Part shown: positions 10,665 through 23,466 of the stretch, piece after piece | Layout: each line of letters begins with the position of its first letter | Position numbering within the stretch: position 1 is the stretch's first letter | NCBI GenBank assembly: GCA_017654855.1 | Contig: CM030337.1 | Span: 806,001-870,000 of the forward strand | Length of the DNA: 64,000 nt | Direction of reading: 5' to 3' | From: Podospora anserina | Lineage: Eukaryota | Notes under the pieces: model-generated | Told to the model about the DNA's origin: nothing | What the model saw: only the letters and a program-made list of their open reading frames with translations | Databases searched by the model: none | Program-made: the position numbers and the translations under genes

Positions 10665-13300
10665 ATGGATCCGCGCAGCGCCCTCTTCGGCTCAGGACCC
10701 CGCGGCGGCGGCAGCGGTAGCGGTCTCCCCGGCCGCAACGTCCAACAGCAGCGACCCCCTCAGGCGGGATACCCTCCACAGCAGCAGGGAGGATATGGCT
10801 CTCCGCAGCAAGCCGGATATGGCCAGGCGCCACCACCTCGCCAGCAGCCAGGAGGATACGGCCAAGCGCCCCCTTCTCGACAGCAGGCCGGAGGGTACGG
10901 CCAGACCGGCTCTGGCCGTATTCCGCTCAGGTTGGCAAAGGTCGAGGACAAGACCCTCCAGTCGCAATACATCTTTGGCAATCTGTAGGCTCTTGCACCC
11001 CGTCTCTTGCCCATCGTGGACAACAAACTGACAGCAACACAGCTGCGCCGTCTCCCCCCGAGACTTCCCACCCAACCGCGAAAACACCGATGTCTACATC
11101 CGCCTCACCGGCCCCCAGATGAAAGGCGGAGGCGACTTTGTCGTCACAGCGCGCCCAGTTCCCGGCTTCCCCGATGGCTGCATCAGCTTGTCCGACCCTC
11201 AAAGAACATGGTGCGGCGTTGGTCTGATGGACTCGCTCGAGGGCGAAGTCTACGACCCCTTTGCGAGGAGCGCGCAGACCTATCTCGGCTCTATAGACGT
11301 CGAAATTGGGTTTGCGTCGCTGAGAAAGGTTGTCGACGCACCATACGATCAAGACGAGCTCGCCGAGCAGTTTATCGCCCAGTTTCAAAACCAGCTCTTC
11401 GCGCCAGGCCAGAAGCTGCTGATGGACGTCAAGAATGTGCCCCTGGCTATCACGGTCAAGACGGTCACCTTGACGGACTTGAGCATGCAATCGCAAAATG
11501 GCGAGGAGCCGCCCACGTTGTCAGACCCGCGCGCCAGGGGTATCCTGCACAAGCATACCAGCATTGGGTTCTACAAGGATGCGAGCTCGCCTCTGAAGCT
11601 CAAGGCGTCCAACAAGAGGCCTGCTGCTAATGCTATTATCAGCCCTGATTTCAAGTTTGAGGATATGGGTATCGGCGGTTTGGATGCCGAGTTCTCGACC
11701 ATTTTCAGAAGAGCTTTTGCTTCGCGCATTTTCCCACCGGGTTTGATCGAGAAGCTGGGGATTATGCACGTCAAGGGTATGCTTCTTTACGGTCCTCCGG
11801 GTACAGGCAAGACGCTTATTGCCAGGCAAATTGGCAAGATGCTTAATGCCAGGGAACCAAAGATCATCAACGGTCCCGAAGTGCTGAATAAGTACGTTGG
11901 CCAGAGTGAGGAAAACATTCGCAAGATGTTTGCCGATGCCGAAAAGGAATACAAGGAAAAGGGAGACGAGTCTGGGCTTCATATCATCATCTTTGACGAG
12001 TTGGACGCTGTCTGCAAGCAGAGAGGGTCTGGTGCCGGTGGCGGCACTGGTGTTGGTGACAGTGTTGTCAACCAGCTGCTTTCCAAGCTCGACGGTGTGG
12101 ACCAGCTTAACAATATCCTGTTGATCGGAATGACCAACAGGAAGGACATGATTGATGACGCGTTGCTGCGGCCTGGTCGTTTGGAGGTGCAGATTGAGAT
12201 TTCCCTGCCGGATGAGTTTGGCCGGTCGCAGATTCTCAAGATCCACACGAGCAAGATGAAGGAGAATAATGTCATGGGGAGTGATGTTGATATTCTGGAG
12301 CTGGCGGCAAGGACGAAGAACTTTTCGGGTGCTGAGCTGAGCGGTTTGGTCAAGTCTGCGACGTCGTTTGCTTTTGCGAGGAACATCAAGGCCGGCACTA
12401 CGGCTAGTGTCAGTGAGGATGTGGTGAACATGAAGGTTGGCATGCAGGATTTCTTGCACGCGCTGGACGAGGTCAAGCCCGCGTTTGGTACTGATGATTC
12501 GGAGCTGGAGGACGTGTTGCCGTTTGGGATCATTGAGTACTCGAGGGGGATTAGCCATATTCTCAAGGACGGCATGCTCTATGTCAAGACTGTGAAGGAG
12601 CAGCCGAACCTGAGGGTGATGAGTGTTTTGCTTCATGGGCCGAGGTCGAGCGGCAAGACGGCGCTCGCGGCGAAGATTGCGCAGCTGTCGGATTTCCCTT
12701 TTATCAAGCTTATCACCCCGGCGTCGCTGGTGGGTTATAGGGATGAGCTGGCGAAGAAGGATTATTTGCATAAGTTGTTTACGGATGCTTACAAGTCCCC
12801 GTTGAGTTTACTCGTTATTGGTAAGCCCCGTCCCTTTTAACGCAATCAGACAAGGTCACTGACATTTCTCAGACAATATTGAGCGTCTCATCGACTGGGT
12901 CCCCGTCGGCGCGCGCTTCTCTGGCTCCATCCTCAACACGCTCGTCACGCTTCTTCAAACCCCACCGCCCAAGGGGCACAGGCTGCTCATCCTCGCCACC
13001 ACGTCGCAGAGATCGGTGCTGGAGCAGCTCGACGTCACGACGGCGTTTGACAACCAGATTCCCGTGCCGGCGATCTCGGACCTGGGCGAGCTGGAGGCGG
13101 TGCTGGGGCAGGTGGGCGCGTTCGATGGGAGGCACGGGCGGATCGTGCAGGAGATTGAGCGGGCGACGGGGAGCAGGGAGGTGAATGTGGGGATCAAGAC
13201 GGTGCTGACGAGCTTGGAGACGGCGAAGCTGAGCGAGAGCCCGGAGGAGTGGTTTGTGGAGCAGATTTCGGGGCAGATTGCTAGGTATCCTGGGGTTTGA
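10665..13300 (+). CDS. SEC18: Vesicle-fusing AAA+ ATPase Sec18/NSF, 3 exons: 10665-10984, 11043-12820, 12873-13300; 841 aa
   Basis: D1 Walker A GPPGTGKT, Walker B IIIFDELD, IGGLDAEFSTIFRRAFASR and D2 GPRSSGKT. Canonical introns restore the frame (IFGNL|CAVSP; LLVID|NIERL). Confidence 0.97.
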
Positions 13301-13496
13301 GGGTTAGAAGGATAGAGAAGTTATATAAAGAGGTTTTTTGTCTCTGATGCAAATAGGGTGAGTTTAGAAATCTAGGGGGTTGCTAAGGGGAGGTGGTGGT
13401 CTGGTGATGTTGTAGGGGGGGTGGAAGTGATTTGACAGGAATAACGTACTACCTGTAGGTATGGTCCAAAGAGATTTTTAAACAAACCACCCAACA

Positions 13497-13567
13497 GCAT
13501 CAGTGGTTTAGTGGTAAAATCCATCGTTGCCATCGATGGGCCCCGTGTTCGATTCACGGCTGATGCA
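13497..13567 (+). tRNA. tRNA-Gly (GCC), intronless, 71 nt
   Basis: Acceptor stem GCATCAG/CTGATGC, D arm GTTTAGTGGTAAAAT, anticodon arm CATCG-TTGCCAT-CGATG, T loop GTTCGATTC, followed by T runs. Confidence 0.97.
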
Positions 13568-16500
13568 TAGCTTTTGCTGTTGTTTCACAAATGCTCTCTT
13601 TTATTTTTCTCTTTTTTTGGGGTCTCTCATCTGTTTTTCTTGCTCTTTTGCAGACAATTTCCCGTTTTGTTTTGGGTTGGGAGGGGGGGGGGCGGGTAAA
13701 GGGGGCAAAGAGAATGCTGTGGCTGGCTCTGGTTAGGAAATTGGGACGTTGAATCCCCCTTGGGCAGGTTTAGCGGTTGTTTAACATAGGACTGAAGTCT
13801 ATCTTTTGGTTGGAGGGTCAACTGCCTATCGCTTGTTTTGATGACAGAAGGAGTGAGAAGTCGGGCGTGTTTATATCAGGGATGGTGGTGGAAGGGTTGA
13901 GTGAGAGCGGCGGTGGTGGATAAGTAGGTTTGGTTGTGTTTGGCGGTTGGATGGTGTTGAGTGGGGCGGGTGTTTATAGGGATATCCTGGAGATAAAAAA
14001 AGTGGGGGGGTGGGAAAAGATAAACTGTGCCTTAATGGGAAGTGGTAGACAGAAAGCGAATTAACAGGACAGAAAGAGACTGGCTGATGTGTTTTGGATA
14101 GGTAGCTTGGTCAAGCATCTTGTGTGGAATCAAGAGCCGAAGTCTTGGTTTAGATGTCTTCTTGTTAGATGACTCGAGTTGTGTAGGTATCTTTTGGAGT
14201 GCGGGATATATACCTATGTACGAAGTATCCATGGGAGAATTGGTATCACTATTATTGGGTGCCTAAGGTAGGGTAGGGTGTAGCAGCCAGGTTGACGATG
14301 CCAACCTGGCTCATGCTTCTGAGCTGTAGTGTAAGGTGGGCGCAGACTGGTCTCGCAGAGCTTGTATGCGTCGATTGTGGAAAGCAATAGATTACTTGTC
14401 TTCATGTTCGAAGTTGTTTGTACCTTCTTAGCAGTAATGCTTGTTTCAATGACCTTGTGTCGATCTGGCTTATAGGTAGCTTGGGGCACTCCCTCTGACC
14501 TATTTCGGTGCTGCTTCTTCTCCGATTAGAGAGCGTGATGGAGTCTTTTGAGTAGAAACGCTTATCTCAGTGGACGCCAATATCTAGATAGTGGCTCATA
14601 CTATAGGCAACTGCCTTGCTCGGCGTTTAGGAGCTCTTGTTGTTTTGTGGTATTAGACGAGATTGTTTTGCTGAGTCTTTTGGCAACTGGCAGCAACATT
14701 AACTACGCTATGTTTACCTGTTGGTGTTCAATTCCTGTCCTTTGACTTCGGGATCTTTTCTTCAAACTTACTTAAATCACATAGGCAGAAAGTCTTTACT
14801 TTTGAGCCCTATACCAAGATAGCTAATTTCTGCCGTACCGCAACTCTTTCCTGAACATGATCGAGATAAGCCTCGAAGTCTTTCCAGCTTACACCAACGC
14901 TAACGGCTCAAATACAGAGTACCTTTCATGAAGCTTGAATTGTCTTGGGTACTTTTGCGTAATCACCATCTCTCTACCGCACAAGTCTCAAGTCATCCGC
15001 TGTACTCGTGATGGCAACACAAATCCGAGGTGACGGTGACCAAGGTGACGCGAGGTGAGAGTCACAAAGACCAAGGAGGCGGTGTGCTGTGCCTCTTCTT
15101 CTGTGCATAATGCCGTAAGTCCATGTAACTGTTGCAGTAGCAGCCACATCAGCATCCCTACCGATAGTACAACAGCATTTAACTATCAATTTTCTCTACC
15201 TAGGTAAGGTCATCAACCGCAGAGGTTACAGTGTACCAGAAGAATGGCTCAGTTTGATCGACCCGTATGGTTGACGTGTTGGTAAACCTCCTGTTCATAT
15301 AATCAGTCCCCAGCAGTATAAGACACAGTTGTCAATACCATTTCAGGGGTCATCTGAAGGTCCCAACACATTGAGGCACATGGTCTCCAGAGTATGATAA
15401 GAAATCCCGAAAAAGGAAAAAAACACTTCCGGGACCCTCTTCACACCCCTCCCACCTCATACATCATCACTCATAAGCGATCATCGGCATCAGGAGCGAG
15501 CCGGATCCATCCACCCCCCTCTAACAACTCACCCAGCCTCCAAAGTCGAAACCCGAATCACAAGCCAAATCGTCAGTTTTTTGATCACCAGACCAAAAAT
15601 ACACCCGACCCCTACTGCAGCTAAGTTATTTTCCCGAGTCCGAAAGCTTTTATCTGTCCGAGAAAGCCACGTTTTTCCCCCTTCCTCCAACCGGATCACG
15701 GCGGAGAAAATATCGGAGAGAGCAACACCACACCTGTATCTCTTGTTTCAAGATTCAATGTTTTTGTTGAGTTTGCATCCTGTCTATGAGCCGGCTTCCT
15801 ATTTAGGGGAGGCATGCCCGTTGACACTACCGACAGCCATCATCGCTTAGGCGAACATGAAAGTGGTGCCGGAGGGTGTGGTGAATGATGAGCATACCCG
15901 TTTCGGGATCTGCCCGTCTAAGGTTGTCAGTCGTCGTTTGGTAGCATCGACATCGGGGAGTGTGGAAACATAAACGGTCAGCTAGAAGAAGAAGAAGAAG
16001 AAGAACATCCGCAGTGCACGCTCGGAGGTGTGAAACAACACGTGGGGTGCATGGTTCGACACGAGGTTCATGTGGACGTTGGGAACGCCGGTGGTGATGA
16101 TCACTAACTGCCGTCTGTTTGGGTGGCTTATTCGTCATTCTATCTGCTATCTATGAAGATGATACTATCACAACTTCCTACTTAGGACCCTCGGTTCGAG
16201 CTATATCGGTTTCAGAGGCTGGCTGGTCTCGTGTTATATCCATACCTATTTATCCACATTCACATCTGCCGACCCTGAGGTAGTCGATAACGACATCAAA
16301 GACTCCATTCACAATCTGACACGCCCACTCCCTCGGCACATCATCTTCTATCAACATTCCATCTCCAGCTTCTATCTGTTCCCAACCCCATGTCCAAAAC
16401 GTCAATGCCCTATCTCGGCAACGGAAGCTCGCGTGGCAGGGAGTGGATCCCTTCTCTCTTAGGTCCCATGATGACCATAACATTCCTTTCATATGATAAC

Positions 16501-17964
16501 AGCTACCACTATAATCCCAAGGGCCCTCTCCGGACCAAGCCTCAATCAAGACTATTTTCCTCGGGTTCGGGAATCAAACCCCATCGTGTGTAAAAAAAAT
16601 CTAAAAAAAATTAAGAAAAAGAGGCGCGTTCCTTTCAAGTTCTTGGCCTTGAAGTTGAGGTTTTGGGAGACAAGGTTACATTCCACCCCAGCCTTCACCC
16701 CATGAGGGCTACCTATATCACAGCTCTGATATACCCCTCGCTTCGAACCAAAGACAAAATCATCACCTCAATAATAAGCTGGTAGCTCGCTTGGATGCAC
16801 GTTCTTGATACATCAGGTTTGCGGTCACATGACTACGTTGTTTTTATTTCCCCGACATCGGGTTCTTTTCATTGATAACCCAGGTACAGGTATCATCACA
16901 TATGGGCTTCAAGTTGGCGTTGCATCCTCCACATAGCAGATGCGTCTGCATTAGCTTCACGAATTCAACGTTTGAGATAGATCACTTGCATATACGCTTG
17001 TTGTACAAAACGAAAAGTAAGAAAGAAAAAAACTCAACTACCGGATTTGATTCTGCAATAGACTACAAGCGATGGCAACATCCCACGGGGAAGAGCTCCA
17101 TTTCAAAATACATCATGCATACCACTGTAAGGAGGAATCAAATAAATAAAAAAGCGCGGGGTGCATATGCATCATGTACGTACCATGATGCTCTAACTGG
17201 CCCTGAGAGAGACCGTTGGGAAACAAGAAATGTTTGGTTACGGTACTGCAAGTTTGTCTATCTTTAGCAAGCTCTGGCACACCGCTGGATATGGGGAAGG
17301 CGGATGATGAGATGTGAAAGAGTATCGGCACCTGCCTTGTTGCCAACAGCTAGTCTTTTCTGGTAGCTGAACGACGAGATATGCAAGATGCATGCAAGAT
17401 AAGATCTGGGCTTGGCTCTGAGTGAAATAGTGTCGGATCAAAGGTTGTCCCAGTTCGATCTATTATATTGACTTTGACAACTCCAAAGTAGTGTGGGGTT
17501 GGGTTTCAGTGGCTTGTGTCTCTGTCTCTCTTTGAACAGCTTTCGTATGTGTATTTCCAAGCATGCTCGTTCGGCCGTTGAGGACTCTGACGGCCAAAGC
17601 TCGAACCCTTAAAAAACTTTACACAGAGGTAGCGTTTGGCTTTGAGTAATCTTGTTGTGTCTATACACAGTCCTGATCTCTCTGTCTGTGTTTCGCTAGT
17701 TTTAGTTCTTGACTTTGGAGCTTCAAAGACTTCAGCTTCTCATTCACTCTCTCAACTGCACTCAACAACGCCTTCACAAAACATTGACAGAGGTCAACAT
17801 GTTATTTAATATGGAAGTCTCACGGATCCCCAACACTTTGTCTTGCCTGCAACCAAGTGAATCCTGGAGCTTCAAGGTATCTACCGTCCCATGCTTCAGT
17901 CTACCTATCGCAAGACTCGAGACAGCTCAGCATCGCGCTCACCTTAACACCTACCAAAGACACA

Positions 17965-19178
17965 ATGCTAGCCATCCTTAACCTGTTGCTTCAAAGTCTT
18001 TTCAACACTGTCGCCACCTTATTCGGCTCTCTCAGCTCCCTCAGCTCACTCCACCAAAGTCTCCATCTCCTTCCTTCAGCTCAGCCAAACTCCACTCCAT
18101 CCATCGGCTCCCGGCAAGCATTCGTCATGATGATGATGCCTTCACCTCCCACCCCCATCTCCACCAAAAAGCCCAACGCTCATGCGATGCTCATTTCTTC
18201 CCCCCCTCAAAATCCCAACTCCAAAAGACCCCAGCCCAAACCCCATCACGAAAGAAAAAACCCACCAGATCGGAACCCCCGGTGGCGACCTTCATGGTTC
18301 ACCAAACCCACCAAACTGTCATCGATTCCACACATCACGCCCTCCCTTCCCATCCCCACCACCGTTCCCTCGTCCGATATTCTCATTTCTTTTGTTTTGA
18401 ACCGATTTAACATCTCGATCCAAACTCCACCAAAGGAGCTTCCCACCAAACCCTCCCCACAAAACCCCGTCCCCTTCGGACAACCACCATCTCCTCCCAA
18501 ACCATGGACTACCCTGTCATCCTTTAGGGACAACAAACTTCCTCCACGCACCCCCTCTCAAAACCTCAACACCACGATCCCCCTGCCAAACCCTCCCTAA
18601 CCCACGTGGATTTCGCAATTGTGATTGATAAATGTGACCAACTTCAGCTTCAACGGTCCCAATTTCACCACCACGTACCCAACATGATTACCACCCCTCC
18701 GGCGACGCTGACTAGTGTAAACCACTCCCTTCGATCACGTTTGCCCAAGAATTCCAGAAGCTCTTGGTATGTACACAAGAAAAAAAAAACCGGCGCCGTC
18801 TCCCTCACCATAATGCAAACCAAATCTTGGCATTCAAACCCCCAGTATCCTTCGTGCCCCGACACACCGATGACCACGTTTTTCTCTCTCTTCTCTTCGG
18901 AGCTCACGCCGAACCGGCAATCCGGGGGGGGAGAGGAGGGGTGCGTGTTTCGCCATCCAACCCCGAAAGGTAGTCAACTCCGATATCCGTCCCTCCTCCC
19001 GGCCGATAACCCCAGCTCCGAGCGAAACGGGGGTGAGGTGGTGACTGACTTAAACCCTGAGGTCCAGCACGTCCAGGAACGAAACCCCCTCCCCCCCCTC
19101 CTCCTCCAAAAAATGACCTATCACCACACCTACTGCTGCTACTACGCCAGCTCCATCCATGCGTGTATGTACGGGTAA
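17965..19178 (+). pseudogene. Putative orphan or degenerate gene: 211-codon Pro-rich ORF (17965-18600) plus downstream coding-like segments
   Basis: CACAATG start context and hydrophobic N-terminus (MLAILNLLLQSLF). C-rich coding-like composition continues past the stop. Possible intron GTATGT(18767)...CAG(18845). No recognisable domain. Confidence 0.3.
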
Positions 19179-22167
19179 AACCCAACTACTCCTAGTCAGG
19201 AACGCCCCCCCTCGTCCCCCTACCTTCCCGAGTGCGAAACCATTTCATCATCACCTAAGCCACCAACCGCACAGCCCGCCCTCAAAAGCTTCTAGCCTCC
19301 AGTGATAGAAGCTCATAGCGCACGCACTGCGCTGCCCATCTCATCACCTATCCAGGGCGGCATCGGTCAGCAAAAACAATGTCTTAAACATCCTTGTGCA
19401 ATTGTGTCCTGCCTTGTAATATCCCCAAGTCATCGTTGTCCATGCGTGCACTTACACCACCAAAATGTCGTGACCCAACCTGCAGTAGTAGGTAGCCAGC
19501 CCTCCTAATACAATCCCGGGCACCCAACCACCAATCACCTCCCCCCTTCGCATTCGTCTCAACTTCCTGCATTACCCTCTTTCTTTCTACGGATACCCAA
19601 ACCCTGAAACACACAAGCCCTCCCCTTACCCCCTCCTCAAAGACCCGTTCTGGACACACGGCAGAAGTGAGGGGCAGAACGCACAGACCCTATCTGCATG
19701 TCAATCTGTCCGGTGACATCGGGACTTCGGCCCTCTAGTCGTAGTGTGCATCCTACAATTCACCACAACCAGGAAGGAAACAATAAAATCTCTTTTACAT
19801 ACCTGTTTCTGGCTCCAGTCTTTGCCCTTGTCTAATGTAGACTCCATCTTCAGCCCGTGTTTGCATAATCAAACGTCAATGTTCTTGCAGAGAGAAGATC
19901 CTCATTGTTACACCCCCCCCCCCTCCCTCGCTGGCAGGCAAAGGTGGATTGATGACAGTAAGGAGAGGGGTCTGCTTGAACAGTGGCGTCGTCCAGACCG
20001 TTTGCTAGCGTCATTAGTTTCACTCCAACGTTCATGCTTCAATCTTCTTTTCCGAATCCTCTCGCCGGTGCTCCGCCCAAAAGTGGACAAGCAGAATCAA
20101 CCAACAAGCAAGCCCCAAAAAAATCCACAAACTCGTAGCGTTCGTGCCGGTGTCATTTCGGCCTTCCCTGGTGACAACGCCTCGTGGTTAGCCGGGTGCG
20201 AGATATCAATTTTCTTTGAGAAAAGCCAAAACGTCTACTAGCCCGATAAGCTTAGAGTATATGTGGAATGCTGCGGCGTGGTCAAACGGTTTTGATGAGC
20301 GTCGGTCTCATATATCGACCTGATAGACCTGAGCCCTTCTTGGAAAGTGGTAGATGAACAATACCATAACCTCTTGGGTCGTAGAAATGCTTCATCATGT
20401 ATGTCATCCCCCATCCTGTCCTGTAACAGCACAACATGGTCAGTACCAAACAAACAGCAGCGTAGCAGCAAAGCAGGAATCCCCGACCGGATTACGCACA
20501 TCCAGCAGTGTCCGTCCCCCTTCGTCCACAACCGCTAATCTCTCCACTCTTCCCTCGTGAAGGCATCGTCAGAATCCAACTCCAGTTACGTATCCGTCCG
20601 CTCCACATGGTTGGCAGCAGCCGGAGCACAGACAAGGCTTGGCATCTGAGTTTGACAGCGCCGAGAGAATAGCGTGGGCCAGGGTTCCTGGTTCCCCAGC
20701 GTCGCACTAGCCCGACAGGCTAAAAAGGCCGAGCAGCTCGTCTCCATCATTGGCCCGTTTGGCCTTCCATGGACCGTCGAAATCGAGAAAGGGACCCTAA
20801 CCCCTCAGCAGCTTGGCCTGAATCTTTCTATCCCCGATCCCTGTTGGAGAAGGGTGAAGGGGAGCCCCCGCTTTTGCTTGCTGAAGAAGTGGTGATCCTC
20901 TCACACCCTGTAGTGTAGGTGGTGGTGTTGTGATAGCAACAATCGTCCAAGACAAACGGCTCCAGGCTGGCTGGTAGGGTGGTGACCATAGTGCCAGTTT
21001 CTCTTTCGTGAATGCAAAGCTCTGAAAACTCTGCGCAATCCGGACAAACTGGGAACGCAAGCGACGGTTGCAGTGACAGTGGAGGTTGCCATTGAGGAGG
21101 ACTGACTTGCAGCGACCGAGCGAGTGAGGGGCCGGCCCGTTGAAAAAAAGCAACAAGCATCAAAGTCAAAGAGCATCACGATTGCTGATGACCCCCTCCA
21201 TCCACAGTTCACGATATCTTTGCGTTGCAAAGGAAACATGATGGTGGGTGTAGGACAATGCATAATGTCCAAGGTCGGAGCAATCCTTGACGATGGGAAG
21301 ACTCAGCTCGCATGATGTCTTTTGATGAGGTTTACGGGCTGCTCACCAGAGCGAAGATCGCTTCCCTACGCTATTGGAATTGTTGGCTAACGCTTTGCTT
21401 GGTGCTGACACGGAGCAGGGACACACCTGGTTATTATTAGCCTCTGATATTCCTCTCGCTTTCAACAACAGATCAAGTGAACGGGCGAACCACCGCTTTG
21501 GGAGCAGGGTCCAACTGGACAAGATCGTCGATGTTCTTCTTACCCTAGTTTCTGTTGCTTGATGGAATTGTTGTGAAGAAGCCCTCATCCTGGACTTTCA
21601 TCAATTGACCGACTCTCAAGCCTCACGACTAGCAGAGCTGATGAAGGAGGATCTCGGCCAATCCGGGCTTTTGACTCCCGGCCATACCCCTGTTGGGTTG
21701 GAGAGAAGGGGAAGCTAAACCCGAGCTTCTGGTGCCGGAATACCACCCGGGCCACGTGCAGATCATGCGGGGTTGGCGAGCACAACGAGACTTTGCCCCT
21801 ACCAGAGACATCTTCCGCGCCGAAAGGTCTTCTCATCGTTGATGAGCATACGATTCTTGGTACGAATCGGAGAACGAGTGAAAGCTATTCATATGTCGTC
21901 CGTCCTTGCCATTCGACAGAAATTCCTCTTCGTGCCATGCATGCTGGAGGGGCGGGAACGCCGCTGTTTCGTAGAACTCCAGCTGGATGGAAGCCACTAT
22001 CTCACCGGTCGTCAAGGATGGAGATGGATGGCGGGCGGGTGGTGGCCTGACTGGCTTCGGCACGTTGGGACATGTTGAAGAATCCCAGTCTAGCCTTGGG
22101 CTTTATCTGCATGTCTCAGGTCGGTTAACAGCTTCTTCCCAAAAGCATCAGGTTCTATGCCACACTA

Positions 22168-22207
22168 CTGTGGTTACGTACAAAAGTTTTGCCCCCTTGT
22201 CAAGTAC
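22168..22207 (+). repeat. Left terminal inverted repeat
   Basis: CTGTGGTTACGTACAAAAGTTTTGCCCCCTTGTCAAGTAC. Confidence 0.9.
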
Positions 22208-22323
22208 CGCCCAGGGCCTTGTTTTTTTGGCTAGGCCAACTTCGGCCAAAATTCTACCGCAATTTCCTCCAGACCAGTATTTTCCACCTTTCAACACCAC
22301 TTAGCCAGCCAGCCAGCACCACA

Positions 22324-23361
22324 ATGGCTCCCAATCGCCACCTTACTACTGAAGAGCGTCAACGAATTCGTACCCTTTATTTCGACGGCCACCTTAGCCA
22401 ACCCCGAATTCAAGAAACCACTGGTTATACGAAATACCAAATCCGCCATGCGATACGAGCCCCGGCGGCCGAGGTCGCCCCACGATCTGGCCGACCACGC
22501 GTTATTACGGCCGATCAAGAGCTCGAGCTTATTCGGTATGTGTGTGAATCAAAGGCACACCGTCGGATGAGCTTCCTGGAGCTTTCTATTGCCCTTTTCA
22601 ACTCCCTTCTTAACTGGATTACGATTCGCAACGCCCTTTACCGCCACGGATTTCGCCGTCGAGTTGCTCGGAAGAAGCCTCCTATTTCAGAAGCCAACCA
22701 GCAAAAGCGACTGGCCTGGGCTATAGAACATAAAGACTGGACTCTCGAACAATGGCGTACAATCCTTTGGAGTGACGAAACCTGGGTAGTTGGTGGTCCT
22801 CACCGTAAGCAGTATGTTACACGCCGAATCGACGAGGAATGGGACCCTACTTGTATCGTTGAAAAGCACCAGAGAAAAGGAGGGTGGATGTTCTGGGGCT
22901 GCTTTTACGGCTCAACTAAAGGCCCTGGTATCTTCTGGGAAAAGGAATGGGGATCGATCAATGAGTATTCTTACCGAAAGAATATCCTTCCTAACGTCCA
23001 CGAATTTATTAACGATACCTTCGAGCAACACCATTTACAGCTTTCTTTTATGCAGGACGGCGCACCTGGCCATCGAGCGGCCGGTACGAAGAAGGATCTT
23101 GAGAATAGGAAGATTAGAGTAGTTGATTGGCCTCCTTTTTCCCCAGATTTAAACCCTATTGAATCCTGTTGGAATTGGATGAAGGATTATATTGAGGATA
23201 AATACGGCCTTGAGGAGAAGCCGTCGTACGCGAAGTTGAAGAGGTACGTGGAGGAGGCCTGGCAAGAGCTTCCGGAATCTTACCTTCAAACGCTGTTGGA
23301 TTCGATGCCCAGTCGGTGTGAGGCAGTAATTGCAGCGAATGGTATGCATACAAAATACTAG
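22324..23361 (+). CDS. Tc1-family transposase (345 aa)
   Basis: CACAATG start, N-terminal HTH region with RSGRPR, WSDET, FWGCF, FMQDGAPGH and WPPFSPDLNPIE. 34 residues lie between the second D and the E. Confidence 0.95.
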   Translation: MAPNRHLTTEERQRIRTLYFDGHLSQPRIQETTGYTKYQIRHAIRAPAAEVAPRSGRPRVITADQELELIRYVCESKAHRRMSFLELSIALFNSLLNWITIRNALYRHGFRRRVARKKPPISEANQQKRLAWAIEHKDWTLEQWRTILWSDETWVVGGPHRKQYVTRRIDEEWDPTCIVEKHQRKGGWMFWGCFYGSTKGPGIFWEKEWGSINEYSYRKNILPNVHEFINDTFEQHHLQLSFMQDGAPGHRAAGTKKDLENRKIRVVDWPPFSPDLNPIESCWNWMKDYIEDKYGLEEKPSYAKLKRYVEEAWQELPESYLQTLLDSMPSRCEAVIAANGMHTKY

Positions 23362-23422
23362 CTATAGATATGGTGATTATTTTGTAGAATACAATCGTCA
23401 GGGTGGACCTTGACTAGCGCGA

Positions 23423-23461
23423 GTACTTGACAAGAAGGCAAAACTTACCCCTGCACCACAG
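23423..23461 (-). repeat. Right terminal inverted repeat
   Basis: Reverse complement reads CTGTGGTGCAGGGGTAAGTTTTGCCTTCTTGTCAAGTAC. Outer 7 bp are identical to the left TIR and the inner 24 bp have 2 mismatches. Confidence 0.9.
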
Positions 23462-23466
23462 TAGTG

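Larger units (their letters stand above)
22168..23461 (+). mobile_element. Intact Tc1/mariner (impala-like, DD34E) DNA transposon, 1294 bp, with TA target-site duplication
   Basis: Begins CTGTGGT and ends ACCACAG. TA at 22166-22167 and 23462-23463. About 40-bp imperfect TIRs and an uninterrupted transposase ORF. Confidence 0.95.

Noticed and set aside
11521..12771. Long antisense ORFs (416 aa here; also 53340-54443, 62359-63171, 63191-63853, 47701-48414)
   Set aside because: They are shadows of strongly biased real genes on the opposite strand and show no motifs of their own.
14030..15300. Possible RIP-degraded repeat (TpA-rich look)
   Set aside because: AT enrichment is modest and no TE motifs or termini are recognisable.
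16555..16595. B-box/T-arm-like GGGGTTTGATTCCC on the minus strand
   Set aside because: No acceptor, D or anticodon arms can be folded.
22189..22323. N-terminal 45 codons of the 390-aa ORF call
   Set aside because: It starts at a TTG inside the TIR. The probable start is the ATG at 22324 in CACAATG context.
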